In this document: in pieces, positions 44,591 to 54,968 of the stretch
Layout of the letters: each line of letters opens with the position of its first letter
Numbering within the stretch: the stretch's first letter is position 1
DNA from: Minisyncoccota bacterium
GTDB lineage: Bacteria; Patescibacteriota; Minisyncoccia; Phycocordibacterales; UBA9973
Assembly (NCBI GenBank): GCA_035353995.1
Contig: DAOQAL010000001.1
Location: 308,104 to 372,103, forward strand
DNA: 64,000 nucleotides
Direction: 5' to 3'
Notes under the pieces: model-generated
The model's database searches: none
Told to the model about the DNA's origin: nothing
What the model saw: the letters and a program-made list of their open reading frames with translations, nothing else
Made by a program: the position numbers and the translations under genes

Positions 44591-46405
44591 ATGGATTTAA
44601 AACACATCAGAAATTTTTCAATAATTGCACATATAGATCATGGAAAATCTACCTTAGCAGATAGAATGCTTGAAGTCACCCATACGATTGAAGCACGAAA
44701 AATGAGAGATCAAGTTCTTGATTCAATGGACTTAGAAAGAGAAAGGGGGATAACAATAAAAATGCAACCTGTCCGTATGGAATACGCCCTAAAGGGCCAA
44801 AATTACGTTTTAAACCTTATTGATACGCCTGGGCATATAGATTTCTCTTATGAAGTTTCTCGTGCCCTAAAGGCTGTTGAGGGCTCTATTTTGCTTGTTG
44901 ACGCCACACAAGGTGTACAAGCACAAACACTTACAACGCTTGAAATGGCTAAAGAAAGTGGTCTTGTAATAATACCTGTATTGTCAAAAATAGATTCTCC
45001 TTTAGCAAGAATTGATGAGATAAAAATGGAGGTTGCTCTTTTGCTTAATATAGATCCAGATAGTATTTTAGAAGTATCTGGAAAAACTGGTGAAGGAGTA
45101 GAAAATTTGCTTTCAGAAATTATAAATAAAATTCCATCACCAAGACAAGATAAAAATGAAAAAAATAGTACTCAAGCATTGGTATTTGATTTTAAATATG
45201 ATAGTCATAGGGGAGTAATAGTTTATGTTCGTGTATTTAATGGATCTATAAAAAGAGGAGACTCTCTTATTTTTTCTGTTTCTGGAGAAAAATTTATTTC
45301 TTTGGAAGTTGGAATATTTTCTCCTGAAGAAAAAGCAAAAAATTCTATTGAATCTGGAGAAATCGGATATATTGTAACCGGTATTAAAAAACCTGGAATA
45401 GCATCAGTTGGAGATACTATTACTTTTTATAAAAATCCAGCAGAAGCATTGCCAGGATATATGAATCCAAAACCTGTAGTGTGGGCATCTGTTTATCCTG
45501 AAGATGCAGATGATTTTCCAGAGTTGAAACTTGCTTTAGGAAGGCTTCGCTTATCTGATTCGGCTTTTTCATACGAAGAGGAAGCATCAGGTACTTTAGG
45601 AAAAGGTTTTCGATGTGGATTTTTAGGTATGCTTCATTTAGAAATAATTACAGAACGTTTAAAAAGAGAATTTGGACTTAATTTAGTTGTAACTATGCCA
45701 TCTATAACTTATAAAGTTATTTTAAAAAATTGCAAAGAAGAAATAATTTATTCTCCACATTTTTTCCCAGAAGATGGTCAAATTTTAAAAATTTATGAAC
45801 CATGGATCAATGTAAAAATAATTACACCAGGAACATACTCTAGTATATTAATGCCATTTTTATTTGACCATGAAGCAATTGTCCATTCTACAGAAAATTT
45901 TGGTGATAATCGTTCATCAATAAATTTAGAAATGCCTTTGCGTGAATTAATGAGAAACTTTTTTGATGATTTGAAAAGTATAACTTCTGGTTATGCTTCT
46001 ATATCCTATGAAATTGGAGAATATAAGGAAGCTGATGTTGTAAGGTTAGATATTTTAATCGCAGACGAACCAATGGTGGCTTTTTGTAGAGTTATATCAC
46101 GTCGTAGAATTGAAGAAGAGGCACGTAGCCAAGTTGAGCGCTTAAAAAAAATTATTCCGAGACAACAATTCCCATTTAAGATACAAGGAAAAGCATTAGG
46201 GAGAATTATTGCGTCAGAATCAGTTTCAGCATTTCGTAAGGATGTTCTTATGCATGGAAGTAAAGTTGTTGGCGGTGGTGACGTAAGTAGAAAGAAAAAA
46301 CTTTTAGAAAAACAAAAAAGAGGAAAAGCAAGACTAAAAGAAAACGCTAGGGTAAATATAACCCAAGACGTATTTCTAAAAATGATGAGAGGGGGAGAAA
46401 AATAA
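44591..46405 (+). CDS. lepA: elongation factor 4 (LepA)
   Basis: NFSIIAHIDHGKSTLADRMLE G-domain and the LepA-specific C-terminal domain; 604 aa. Confidence 0.9.
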   Translation: MDLKHIRNFSIIAHIDHGKSTLADRMLEVTHTIEARKMRDQVLDSMDLERERGITIKMQPVRMEYALKGQNYVLNLIDTPGHIDFSYEVSRALKAVEGSILLVDATQGVQAQTLTTLEMAKESGLVIIPVLSKIDSPLARIDEIKMEVALLLNIDPDSILEVSGKTGEGVENLLSEIINKIPSPRQDKNEKNSTQALVFDFKYDSHRGVIVYVRVFNGSIKRGDSLIFSVSGEKFISLEVGIFSPEEKAKNSIESGEIGYIVTGIKKPGIASVGDTITFYKNPAEALPGYMNPKPVVWASVYPEDADDFPELKLALGRLRLSDSAFSYEEEASGTLGKGFRCGFLGMLHLEIITERLKREFGLNLVVTMPSITYKVILKNCKEEIIYSPHFFPEDGQILKIYEPWINVKIITPGTYSSILMPFLFDHEAIVHSTENFGDNRSSINLEMPLRELMRNFFDDLKSITSGYASISYEIGEYKEADVVRLDILIADEPMVAFCRVISRRRIEEEARSQVERLKKIIPRQQFPFKIQGKALGRIIASESVSAFRKDVLMHGSKVVGGGDVSRKKKLLEKQKRGKARLKENARVNITQDVFLKMMRGGEK

Positions 46406-46496
46406 TTTATTTCATCCTGAATATCGGGGAATACAACAGTATCATACTTATAATGATCAGTATGCATAAAACTGACCAAATGATTTTTATTTTCTT

Positions 46497-46525
46497 TTGA
46501 TGTTTTTTATTAAAAAGCATATAAT
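46497..46525 (+). promoter_or_regulatory. candidate promoter: TTGATG, 17 nt spacer, TATAAT, 14 nt upstream of the ftsB-like start
   Basis: Consensus −10 with ideal spacing. The background is AT-rich, so a chance match is possible. Confidence 0.4.
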
Positions 46526-46539
46526 GATTTTATCATATT

Positions 46540-46920
46540 ATGCGAAATTTTCAACAAAAAAAGGGTTTTAAGAGTTTTTTACAATCAAAACCAGTTTTGT
46601 TTTTGCTATTTGTTTTTGTTGTTATTTTTGCATGGAAAATTTTCAGTCTAATAGGAAAAATGCAAGAAACATATAAAAATAGGGATATGGAGCGTGAAAA
46701 AATAAGTGAATTAGAAGAAAGAAAACAAAAACTTTTATATGAAATAGAAAAATTAAATACAGAAGATGGTAAAGAAAAAGTCATAAGAGAAAATTTTGGC
46801 ATGGTTAAAGAAGGCGAAGAGGTTATTGTTATAGTTGAAGACACAAATAAAAAAAGCATAGAAGAAGTTAAAAAACCAAGTCGAATATCTATTTTTTTTA
46901 ACAAACTATTTGGTAGATAA
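46540..46920 (+). CDS. septum formation initiator family protein (FtsB/DivIC-like)
   Basis: Single N-terminal TM helix, a coiled coil, and the ENFGMVKEGEEVIV motif typical of FtsB/DivIC. Confidence 0.6.
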   Translation: MRNFQQKKGFKSFLQSKPVLFLLFVFVVIFAWKIFSLIGKMQETYKNRDMEREKISELEERKQKLLYEIEKLNTEDGKEKVIRENFGMVKEGEEVIVIVEDTNKKSIEEVKKPSRISIFFNKLFGR

Positions 46921-46959
46921 AAGCTTCCTTTTGATCTTTCTTATTGGTATAATATAAAT

Positions 46960-47982
46960 ATGAAAATCATATTTTTTGAAGTACCAAAAGTTGAGCAAGA
47001 TCAATATTCTCAATTGTTTTCTGATTCATTTCCAAATAATGAAATTTCTTTTTTAGAACAAAAATTAGACGAAGATAGTATTGCTTTAGCAAAAGAAGCA
47101 GAAGTTGTTTCAGTGTTTGTAAATTCAGTTATTGATAAAAATATAATTGATGCATTACCTAATCTAAAATTTATTGCAACTCGTTCGACTGGTTTTGACC
47201 ATATAGATAAAGATTATTGCAAAACAAAAAATATTCTTGTTTCTAACGTTCCAGCTTATGGTTCAAAAACAGTTGCAGAATTTGCTTTTGCATTACTCCT
47301 TGCCCTATCAAGAAAAATATTTGATGCGACTCGTCAGTTGAAAGACGAAGGTGATTTTTCAATATTTCCTCTCAAGGGTTTTGATTTGAATGGAAAAACA
47401 ATAGGTGTAATAGGAACAGGTAAAATAGGTAAAAATTCTATAAGAATAGCAAAAGGATTAGGCATGAATGTTCTAGCTTATGATTTATATCCTGATATGG
47501 CTTTTGCTAAGGAACTTAGCTTTGAGTATAAAACTTTAGATGAATTAATTTCACAATGTGATGTTTTGACTCTTCATGCACCGTATACTAAAGAAAATCA
47601 TCATTTTATAAATAAAGAAAATATTTCAAAAATGAAAAAGGGAGTATACATTATTAACACTGCAAGAGGTGAACTTATAGATACAGATGCTTTGATTTGG
47701 GGCTTACAACAAAAAATTATCGCTGGAGCTGGTCTTGATGTTATGGAAGGTGAAAGGGAATTAAAAGAGGAAATAGAAATACTTTCTTCAGACAATAAAA
47801 GAGAAAAAATAAAAGATTATCAAACTCTTTTTGAAGACAGAGTTTTAATAGATATGCCTAATGTAATAGTTACTCCACATATTGCTTTCTATTCGCAAGA
47901 AGCTGAATATGAAATTATTAAAACTACTATAGATAATATAAATAATTTTATTTCCCAAAAACCAACAAATTTAGTTCAATAA
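46960..47982 (+). CDS. D-isomer-specific 2-hydroxyacid dehydrogenase
   Basis: GVIGTGKIGKNSIRIAKGLGMNV Rossmann motif, ARGELID and TPHIAFYS catalytic-domain motifs. Confidence 0.8.
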   Translation: MKIIFFEVPKVEQDQYSQLFSDSFPNNEISFLEQKLDEDSIALAKEAEVVSVFVNSVIDKNIIDALPNLKFIATRSTGFDHIDKDYCKTKNILVSNVPAYGSKTVAEFAFALLLALSRKIFDATRQLKDEGDFSIFPLKGFDLNGKTIGVIGTGKIGKNSIRIAKGLGMNVLAYDLYPDMAFAKELSFEYKTLDELISQCDVLTLHAPYTKENHHFINKENISKMKKGVYIINTARGELIDTDALIWGLQQKIIAGAGLDVMEGERELKEEIEILSSDNKREKIKDYQTLFEDRVLIDMPNVIVTPHIAFYSQEAEYEIIKTTIDNINNFISQKPTNLVQ

Positions 47983-47983
47983 A

Positions 47984-49231
47984 ATGGATAATCAAATAAC
48001 AAAAATTTTAGCTGAAGAGATTAAAGATTCACGTGGAAATCCAACACTAAAAGTAACAGTTTGGGCTCGAACTTTTGTAGATTTGGATAATTCTGAACAA
48101 GATGTATTTGATAGTTTTTCTGTACCTTCTGGTGCTTCTACTGGCGCGCATGAAGCGCATGAATTGCGTGATGAAAATGGTGGTGTTCAAAATGCTGTTG
48201 AAATAGTAAATAAAATAATTGCTCCTGCTTTAATAGGTAAAGATGTTCTAAATCAAAAAGAAATTGACAGAATTATGATAGAGCTTGATGGAACATCGAA
48301 CAAAGATAATTTAGGCGGAAATTCTATAATTGGTGTTTCTATTGCATGCGCAAAGGTTGCAGCAAAAGCATCTGATATTGAAATATTCGAACACTTAAGA
48401 ACATTAAGTGAGATAAGACCATCTAGACGAATACCACATCTTTATATGAATTTAATAAATGGTGGTAAGCATGCAAAAAATAATTTAGCTTTTCAGGAAT
48501 ATCATATTGTTTCTAATACAGAAAGCGTAAAGGATGAAATTGATATGGGTTTGAAAATACAAAATTCTTTAAAAGAAATTATCGGTAATGATTTAGGTGA
48601 AAATTCTTTAATATTGGGTGATGAAGGTGGTTATGCTCCACAAATAAGTAATATTAAAAAACCACTTGAATATTTAAGAGAAGCAATAAAAATAAATAAT
48701 TTTGAAAATAAATTAAGGTTGGCTCTTGATGTGGCTTCCTCATCTTTTTTTGATGGTAATTTTTATGATGTAGATGGGAAGAAAATTACAAAAGAAGAAT
48801 TAGCTGAGATTTATAATTCATTGATAAAAGAATTTGATTTACTTTCTATAGAAGATCCATTTGATGAAGAGGACTTTGAAAGTTTTGAAAAATTAAAAGA
48901 AGATAATGATGGATTAATTGTTGTTGGAGATGATTTAACTGTTACAAATAAAATTCTTTTACAAGAGGCCATAGAAAAGGGAAGTATTAATGCAATGATA
49001 ATAAAACCGAATCAAATAGGCACACTATCAGAAACATTGGAAACTATGAGATTAGCAAGAGAAAACAATATTGAACTTATTATTAGCCATAGAAGTGGAG
49101 AAACAGATGATAGTTTTATTGCAGATCTTGCATATGCTTTTGGTTGTTTTGGTCTTAAGTCTGGTTCTCCTATTAAAGAAGAAAGAATGGTAAAATATGA
49201 TAGATTGATTGAGATATCAAAAAAAGTTTAA
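47984..49231 (+). CDS. eno: enolase (phosphopyruvate hydratase)
   Basis: DSRGNPTLKVTV, SHRSGETDDSFIADLA and IKPNQIGTLSET motifs. Confidence 0.9.
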   Translation: MDNQITKILAEEIKDSRGNPTLKVTVWARTFVDLDNSEQDVFDSFSVPSGASTGAHEAHELRDENGGVQNAVEIVNKIIAPALIGKDVLNQKEIDRIMIELDGTSNKDNLGGNSIIGVSIACAKVAAKASDIEIFEHLRTLSEIRPSRRIPHLYMNLINGGKHAKNNLAFQEYHIVSNTESVKDEIDMGLKIQNSLKEIIGNDLGENSLILGDEGGYAPQISNIKKPLEYLREAIKINNFENKLRLALDVASSSFFDGNFYDVDGKKITKEELAEIYNSLIKEFDLLSIEDPFDEEDFESFEKLKEDNDGLIVVGDDLTVTNKILLQEAIEKGSINAMIIKPNQIGTLSETLETMRLARENNIELIISHRSGETDDSFIADLAYAFGCFGLKSGSPIKEERMVKYDRLIEISKKV

Positions 49232-49306
49232 TTAATAAAATAAGTGTATGTATAGCAACCGAATGGTTTGCTTTTGTATTATTAGGGTAAATTATAAAAA
49301 ATAATT

Positions 49307-51724
49307 ATGGAAGAAAAAAAAGTTATAGATTTTATAAAATGGTTTAATGAAGTAGGAATTGAAGATGTGCCAATAGTTGGTGGAAAAAATGCAGCATTAG
49401 GTGAAATGTATTCAAACCTTGTGCCTCTTGGTGTAAATATTCCAGATGGCTTTGCACTTACAGCTGATGCTTATAGATATTTCTTTAAAGAAACTGGTCT
49501 TGATAAAAAAATTCAAGATATTTTTTCTGATTTAAATACTAAAAATATAAGAAATTTGCAATCTCGTGGAAAAAAAGTTCGTGAAGCTATTTTAAAAGAA
49601 GAATTTCCTCCATTGCTTCATGATGCAATAGTAAAATCTTATTCTGAAATGGAAAAAAAATATGGTAATGATATAGATGTTGCTGTAAGATCATCTGCAA
49701 CTGCTGAAGATTTACCTGGAGCTTCATTTGCTGGACAACAAGAAACATATCTTGATGTTCGTGGAATAAAAAATGTATTACTTTCTACAAGAAAATGTAT
49801 TGCATCATTATTTACTGATCGTGCTATATCATATCGTGCAGATAAAGGATTTTCTCATTTCGATGCTGCGCTTTCTGTTGGTATACAGCTAATGGTACGT
49901 TCTGATCTTTCTGCTTCTGGTGTTGCTTTTACAATTGATACAGAATCAGGTTTTGATAAAGTGATTGAAATAAATGGAATATATGGCCTTGGTGAATTTA
50001 TTGTGCAAGGAATTGTTATTCCAGACGAATTTGTAATTTTTAAACCAACTTTAGAAAATGGACATAAACCTATTATTTCAAAAAAACTTGGCAAGAAAAA
50101 CATTAAACTTATTTACGCAAAAGGTGGTGGAACAAAAAAAGTAACTGTGCCAAAAAATGAAGTAGAAAAATTCTGTTTAACAGAAGAAGAGGTTATGAAA
50201 CTTGCAAATTGGTGTCTTCAGATAGAAAAATATTTTTCAAAAAAACACAATCGTTATCAACCAATGGATATAGAATGGGCTAAGGATGGACGCACTGGTA
50301 AGTTATTTATAGTTCAAGCAAGACCAGAAACTGTTCAATCTGGTAAAGACAAAAATATTTTGAAAGAATATAAACTTGATAAAAAATCTAATGTACTTAC
50401 AACAGGTATTGCCGTTGGGGGTAAGGTTGGCGCAGGAAAAGTTCGTGTATTACATAGTACAAAAGATATTTCTCAATTTAAACAAGGAGAAGTTTTGGTA
50501 ACAGAAATAACTGATCCAGATTGGGAACCAATTATGAAAATAGCTAGTGCAATTGTTACAGATAAGGGTGGACGTACTTCTCACGCTGCTATTGTTTCTC
50601 GTGAATTAGGTATTCCTTGTATAGTAGGTACAGGTAATGCAACAAAAATATTACAAAATGGGAATGATGTAACTGTTGGATGCGCAGAAGGAGAAGTTGG
50701 TTCTGTTTATGAAGGAATTTTACCTTTTGAAATACTTGAACATAGATTAGATAAAATACCAGAAGTAAAAACAAAGATAATGATAAATATCGGTTCTCCT
50801 GATGAAGCTTTCAAGAATTACTTTTTACCAGTAAAAGGTGTTGGTTTAGGTAGATTGGAATTTATAATTATTTCACATATAAAAATTCACCCGAATGCTC
50901 TTATTGATTATAAAAAAATTAGTGAAGATAGAAAAAATCCTGATTCAAAAAAAATATTACAAAAAATAGATGAACTTACAGAAGGTTATAAAGATAAGAC
51001 AAAATATTATGTTGATCAACTTTCTCTTGGAATAGCAAAGATTGCAGCTACATTTTATCCAAATGATGTTATTATTCGTTTTTCAGACTTTAAGACAAAT
51101 GAATATCGAACATTGATTGGTGGAGAAAAGTATGAACCACAAGAAGAAAATCCAATGTTAGGATGGCGTGGTGCATCTAGGTATTATGATCCGAAATTTA
51201 AAGAAGCATTTGGTCTTGAGTGTAAAGCAATGAAAATAGTTAGAGAAGAAATGGGTCTAACAAATGTAATTCCTATGATTCCATTTTGCAGAACACCAGA
51301 AGAAGGAAAGGAAGTTCTAAAGACAATGAAAGAATTTGGTTTGGATCGTGCAGTAGATAAAAACTTGAAAGTTTATGTAATGTGCGAAATTCCTTCAAAC
51401 ATTTTACTTGCTGATGAATTTCTAGAAATTTTTGATGGTATGTCTATTGGTTCAAATGATCTTACTCAATTAACATTAGGTCTTGATAGAGATTCTGGTA
51501 TTGTTACGCATATTGCAAATGAAAAAAATCCGTCTGTAAAAAAACTTATTGCTGAAATAATTCATAAATGCAAAGAAAAAAATAAATATATTGGTATTTG
51601 TGGTCAAGCTCCATCAGATTATCCAGACTTTGCAAAATTCTTAATGGATGAAGGCATTGAAAGTATGTCTCTAAATCCTGACACAGTCATTAAAACAATT
51701 CTAATGCTCGGGGGAATAAAATAA
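49307..51724 (+). CDS. ppsA: phosphoenolpyruvate synthase (pyruvate, water dikinase)
   Basis: GGRTSHAAIVSRELGIPCIVG phospho-His domain, an N-terminal PPDK_N nucleotide-binding domain and a C-terminal PEP-utilising TIM barrel; 805 aa. Confidence 0.85.
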   Translation: MEEKKVIDFIKWFNEVGIEDVPIVGGKNAALGEMYSNLVPLGVNIPDGFALTADAYRYFFKETGLDKKIQDIFSDLNTKNIRNLQSRGKKVREAILKEEFPPLLHDAIVKSYSEMEKKYGNDIDVAVRSSATAEDLPGASFAGQQETYLDVRGIKNVLLSTRKCIASLFTDRAISYRADKGFSHFDAALSVGIQLMVRSDLSASGVAFTIDTESGFDKVIEINGIYGLGEFIVQGIVIPDEFVIFKPTLENGHKPIISKKLGKKNIKLIYAKGGGTKKVTVPKNEVEKFCLTEEEVMKLANWCLQIEKYFSKKHNRYQPMDIEWAKDGRTGKLFIVQARPETVQSGKDKNILKEYKLDKKSNVLTTGIAVGGKVGAGKVRVLHSTKDISQFKQGEVLVTEITDPDWEPIMKIASAIVTDKGGRTSHAAIVSRELGIPCIVGTGNATKILQNGNDVTVGCAEGEVGSVYEGILPFEILEHRLDKIPEVKTKIMINIGSPDEAFKNYFLPVKGVGLGRLEFIIISHIKIHPNALIDYKKISEDRKNPDSKKILQKIDELTEGYKDKTKYYVDQLSLGIAKIAATFYPNDVIIRFSDFKTNEYRTLIGGEKYEPQEENPMLGWRGASRYYDPKFKEAFGLECKAMKIVREEMGLTNVIPMIPFCRTPEEGKEVLKTMKEFGLDRAVDKNLKVYVMCEIPSNILLADEFLEIFDGMSIGSNDLTQLTLGLDRDSGIVTHIANEKNPSVKKLIAEIIHKCKEKNKYIGICGQAPSDYPDFAKFLMDEGIESMSLNPDTVIKTILMLGGIK

Positions 51725-51760
51725 AAAAATACGGATATAGTTTTTACCTTATTTTGTCTC

Positions 51761-51800
51761 AATCTGGTCCATACTAATATGGGCCAGATTTTCGTTATTT
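51761..51800 (+). terminator. candidate intrinsic terminator after ppsA
   Basis: 10-bp stem (aatctggtcc / gggccagatt, with one G·U pair), then the ttcgttattt tract. Confidence 0.5.
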
Positions 51801-51850
51801 ACTTTCTTTGTCTTAAAAAACCTGAAAAATAATGCTAGAATAGGGAAGTT

Positions 51851-51921
51851 GCGGGATTGGTTTAGTGGTAGAATGCGACCTTCCCAAGGTTGAGACACGA
51901 GTTCGATTCTCGTATCCCGCA
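51851..51921 (+). tRNA. tRNA-Gly (anticodon CCC)
   Basis: Cloverleaf: acceptor GCGGGAT/ATCCCGC, anticodon arm CGACC-TTCCCAA-GGTTG, T-arm ACGAG-TTCGATT-CTCGT. No encoded CCA. Confidence 0.85.
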
Positions 51922-52016
51922 CAGCATAAGGTTTTATTTGAAATTATTTTTAACTGCTTGACAGGCATGTTATAATAGAAATATTAAAATTAATTTCGCT
52001 GTTTAAGCGTACAAAA

Positions 52017-52256
52017 ATGATGAAAAAAATAACAATTTACTCAACACCGACATGCCATATCTGTCATACTGCAAAAGATTTTTTTAAAGCACATAATATA
52101 GAATATACTGAATACAATGTTGCAACTGATCTTGAAAAAAGAAAAGAGATGGTAGAAAAAAGTGGACAAATGGGTGTTCCTGTCATTTTTATTGATCAAG
52201 AACTTATGGTTGGTTTTGATAAAAAAGTAGCTGCTAAAATGCTTGGATTAATTTAA
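52017..52256 (+). CDS. glutaredoxin-like (NrdH/YruB-type) thioredoxin-fold protein
   Basis: 79 aa with a CHIC (CxxC) active site near the N-terminus, TPTCHICHTAK. Confidence 0.7.
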   Translation: MMKKITIYSTPTCHICHTAKDFFKAHNIEYTEYNVATDLEKRKEMVEKSGQMGVPVIFIDQELMVGFDKKVAAKMLGLI

Positions 52257-52264
52257 ACAAAATT

Positions 52265-53197
52265 ATGAAAAATTTTACAAGAAATATTGTAGTATTACTT
52301 CTACTTGCTACTATATTTTTTGTATTCAAAGATTCAATTGAAAAAAGTTATTTTGGTTTTAAATATAAATTATTTCCATGTAGCTCTCCAATAAAATATT
52401 CTATTGGTTATTTCGATGAAAGATTTGGTATTTCTAAAGATGAATTTTTATCTTCAATTCAATTAGCAGAAAAAGTTTGGGAAGATTCTGTTGATAGGGA
52501 TTTATTTTCTTATAGCACAGAAGGGGATTTAAAGATAAATCTTAAGTATGATACTCGTCAAGAAACAACAGAAAAGTTAAATACCTTGGATTCTCAATTA
52601 GGGACTGATTCACAATCTTATGAAAGTTCAAAAGATGAGTATAATATTTTATATTCTAATTATCTACAAGAAAAGAAAGATTTAGAAATTAAAATAAAAA
52701 TATTTCAAGAAAGACAAAAGAAATATGAATCAAATGTTAATTATTGGAATGGACGTGGCGGAGCACCTGAGAATGAATATAATTCTTTAAATCAAGAAAA
52801 AACATATCTTGAAAATGAAATTGAGAAAATAAATAATGCTCAAACAGTATTGGTTGAGAAAATAAATTCAATAAATAGTTTAGCAAATCAGTTAAATGAA
52901 GTTGCTTCAAATTTAAATATAAGCACAGAAAAGTATAATAATATTAGAGATACGCTAGGAGATGAATTTGAAGAGGGTATTTATTATGATGATGGTTTAA
53001 ATAGAGGAATAGATATTTATCAATTTTCAGACGATAATAATCTTATTAGGCTTTTAACTCACGAACTTGGTCATGCTCTTTCTCTAGAACATGCTGAAAA
53101 TCCAAGTGCGATAATGTATAGAGTAAATATTGGTGGTGATTATACTTTATCTGAAGAAGATATAAGTATGCTTAAAGGGCATTGTAAGATTAAATAA
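52265..53197 (+). CDS. membrane-anchored metzincin (matrixin-like) zinc metalloprotease
   Basis: N-terminal TM helix, a coiled coil, the HELGHALSLEH zinc-binding HExxHxxGxxH-type motif and a Met-turn (AIMY). Confidence 0.7.
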   Translation: MKNFTRNIVVLLLLATIFFVFKDSIEKSYFGFKYKLFPCSSPIKYSIGYFDERFGISKDEFLSSIQLAEKVWEDSVDRDLFSYSTEGDLKINLKYDTRQETTEKLNTLDSQLGTDSQSYESSKDEYNILYSNYLQEKKDLEIKIKIFQERQKKYESNVNYWNGRGGAPENEYNSLNQEKTYLENEIEKINNAQTVLVEKINSINSLANQLNEVASNLNISTEKYNNIRDTLGDEFEEGIYYDDGLNRGIDIYQFSDDNNLIRLLTHELGHALSLEHAENPSAIMYRVNIGGDYTLSEEDISMLKGHCKIK

Positions 53198-53200
53198 AGG

Positions 53201-53272
53201 TGTCCTCGGCAGGAATCGAACCTGCAATTACTCCTTAGGACGGAGTTGTTATATCCATTTAACTACGAAGAC
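53201..53272 (-). tRNA. tRNA-Arg (anticodon CCU)
   Basis: Reverse complement folds with acceptor GTCTTCG/CGAGGAC, anticodon arm ACTCC-GTCCTAA-GGAGT and T-loop TTCGATT. Confidence 0.8.
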
Positions 53273-53355
53273 TAATAATAAACTTATTATAATTTAACAC
53301 AAAAAACACCTTTTTTCAAATTGGATTTTGTGTGTCTTTATGCTAAAATATTTTT

Positions 53356-53622
53356 ATGGAACCAGACGATAGGAAATTATTAGAAAGAACCTTAGAAATA
53401 GCTGAGGAAAATAATAAATTACTTCGTAAGGTCAGGGGTGTTCAAAAATGGAGAGCTTTTTGGACTATTGCAAAACTTGTAATAATAATAGCTATTGGAT
53501 TTGGAGCTTTTTATTATTTAGAACCTTATATTGGCAGGGTAACAAATACATTTAATTCCTTTTCTGGTGCAAAACAAAATATAGATAGCTATTCTATTCA
53601 GAATATGCTAAAAAATATGTAA
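53356..53622 (+). CDS. hypothetical small membrane protein, 88 aa
   Basis: ORF with one TM helix (FWTIAKLVIIIAIGFGAFYYL); no motif recognised. Confidence 0.35.
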   Translation: MEPDDRKLLERTLEIAEENNKLLRKVRGVQKWRAFWTIAKLVIIIAIGFGAFYYLEPYIGRVTNTFNSFSGAKQNIDSYSIQNMLKNM

Positions 53623-53655
53623 TTAAAATCGTTTTAGTGTTTTTATAAAAAATAT

Positions 53656-53728
53656 GCCGAGGTAGCTCAGTTGGTAGAGCGCTCCCCTGAAGAGGGATAG
53701 GTCCGCAGTTCGATCCTGCGCCTCGGCA
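53656..53728 (+). tRNA. tRNA-Phe (anticodon GAA)
   Basis: Acceptor GCCGAGG/CCTCGGC, D-arm GCTC-AGTTGGTA-GAGC, anticodon loop CTGAAGA, T-arm CGCAG-TTCGATC-CTGCG. Confidence 0.85.
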
Positions 53729-53732
53729 CAAG

Positions 53733-53765
53733 AAAAAACCCCACCGAGGTGGGGTTTTTGTTTTA
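53733..53765. terminator. bidirectional intrinsic terminator, serving tRNA-Phe on + and the hsp20 gene on −
   Basis: aaaaaaCCCCACCgagGTGGGGtttttgtttt: a GC-rich hairpin flanked by A-run and T-run. Confidence 0.8.
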
Positions 53766-54230
53766 TATTGATTTTACTCTTACATTAGTCTTCTTTTCTT
53801 TGTCTATCTTAGGAAGTTTTATTGTAAGTAATCCGTGTTTTTCAGTAGCTTCTGATTCTTCAGGATCAATTTCTGCTGGTAAAAGAATTGTTCTTGAAAA
53901 AGAACCCCAATATAGTTCCTTTGTAAAGAAGTTTTCTTCATTAACTGTTCTTGCTTCTTCTCTTTTTCCTCTTATCGTTATCATGTCTCTTGTAATAGTC
54001 AACTCTAAATCTTCTGGTTTTACTCCCGCAACCATTGTTTGGACTATAATTTCAGTTGGAGTCTGATAAACATCAACAGTTAGTTCAGCTTCTTCATTTT
54101 CTTCTTCCATCCAATTATTGTTTTCTTTTCCTTCGCTTTTGACTGGAATTCTCTTAGATTCTTCAAATTCTTCTTCTGCTTTTATACTACCAGTTAATCT
54201 CTCAAAAAAACCTCTTTTTTTATTTTGCAT
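53763..54230 (-). CDS. Hsp20/alpha-crystallin family small heat-shock protein
   Basis: Alpha-crystallin domain: DVYQTPTEIIVQ...GSFSRTILLPAEIDPEE...GLLTIKLPK. Confidence 0.8.
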   Translation of the reverse strand: MQNKKRGFFERLTGSIKAEEEFEESKRIPVKSEGKENNNWMEEENEEAELTVDVYQTPTEIIVQTMVAGVKPEDLELTITRDMITIRGKREEARTVNEENFFTKELYWGSFSRTILLPAEIDPEESEATEKHGLLTIKLPKIDKEKKTNVRVKSI

Positions 54231-54245
54231 ATAAATAATTAATTT

Positions 54246-54947
54246 TTAATTCTTGCTACTTATTCTTCTTAATTTTTCAAAAAGTAGTAAGTTTATAATA
54301 GTTGCGACCCAAAGGAAAGCGAATACTTTTAGAAAATCACTTCCATTATTGTTCATTATAAAGAAATTAAAGCCACTATGCAAGGCTATTGCAGACAATA
54401 TTCCAATGAAAAGATAAAGATTTTTTTTAGCATTACATTTATAAAATGATAATCCTATTGAAATACCTATTATTCCACTTGAAACAGTATGGAGAAGGGT
54501 AGAACCCAAATATCTAAGTTGCCCAGTCATTAAACTAACTGTTGCTTGATTAAGTAATAAAGGTTTTATTAAGAATAAAATATTTTCAAACGCTGCAAAG
54601 CCAAGAGCTACTGTAATTAGAAATATAGGCCAATCAATTGGCTTATGAAGGTATTTTGTTTTGTATAAAATTAATATAACAGCAAGATATTTTAATATTT
54701 CCTCAATAGCTGCCCAAAAAATAATTTGTAATTCATTTGAACTTACTAAACTCTGAACAAATTTTTGAATTGGTATAGCAAAAATTACTAAAGTCATACC
54801 AATAATAAAACAAAAAGTAATAAGTCCGCTTGGTTCTGGATCTTCTTTGTCTTCCTTCAACCAAAACCATAACCATAGCAAAGATGGAATTATCCCTTCT
54901 AGTATTGCCATAGCTACTGCTTTTGGGTTTTGTAATAAATTATTCAT
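54246..54947 (-). CDS. PrsW-family intramembrane metalloprotease
   Basis: Multi-TM protein with EEILK (EExxK), FAAFENILF (FxxxE) and an HTVSSG motif. Confidence 0.6.
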   Translation of the reverse strand: MNNLLQNPKAVAMAILEGIIPSLLWLWFWLKEDKEDPEPSGLITFCFIIGMTLVIFAIPIQKFVQSLVSSNELQIIFWAAIEEILKYLAVILILYKTKYLHKPIDWPIFLITVALGFAAFENILFLIKPLLLNQATVSLMTGQLRYLGSTLLHTVSSGIIGISIGLSFYKCNAKKNLYLFIGILSAIALHSGFNFFIMNNNGSDFLKVFAFLWVATIINLLLFEKLRRISSKN

Positions 54948-54968
54948 TGTTTAATTATTTGTATTTTT

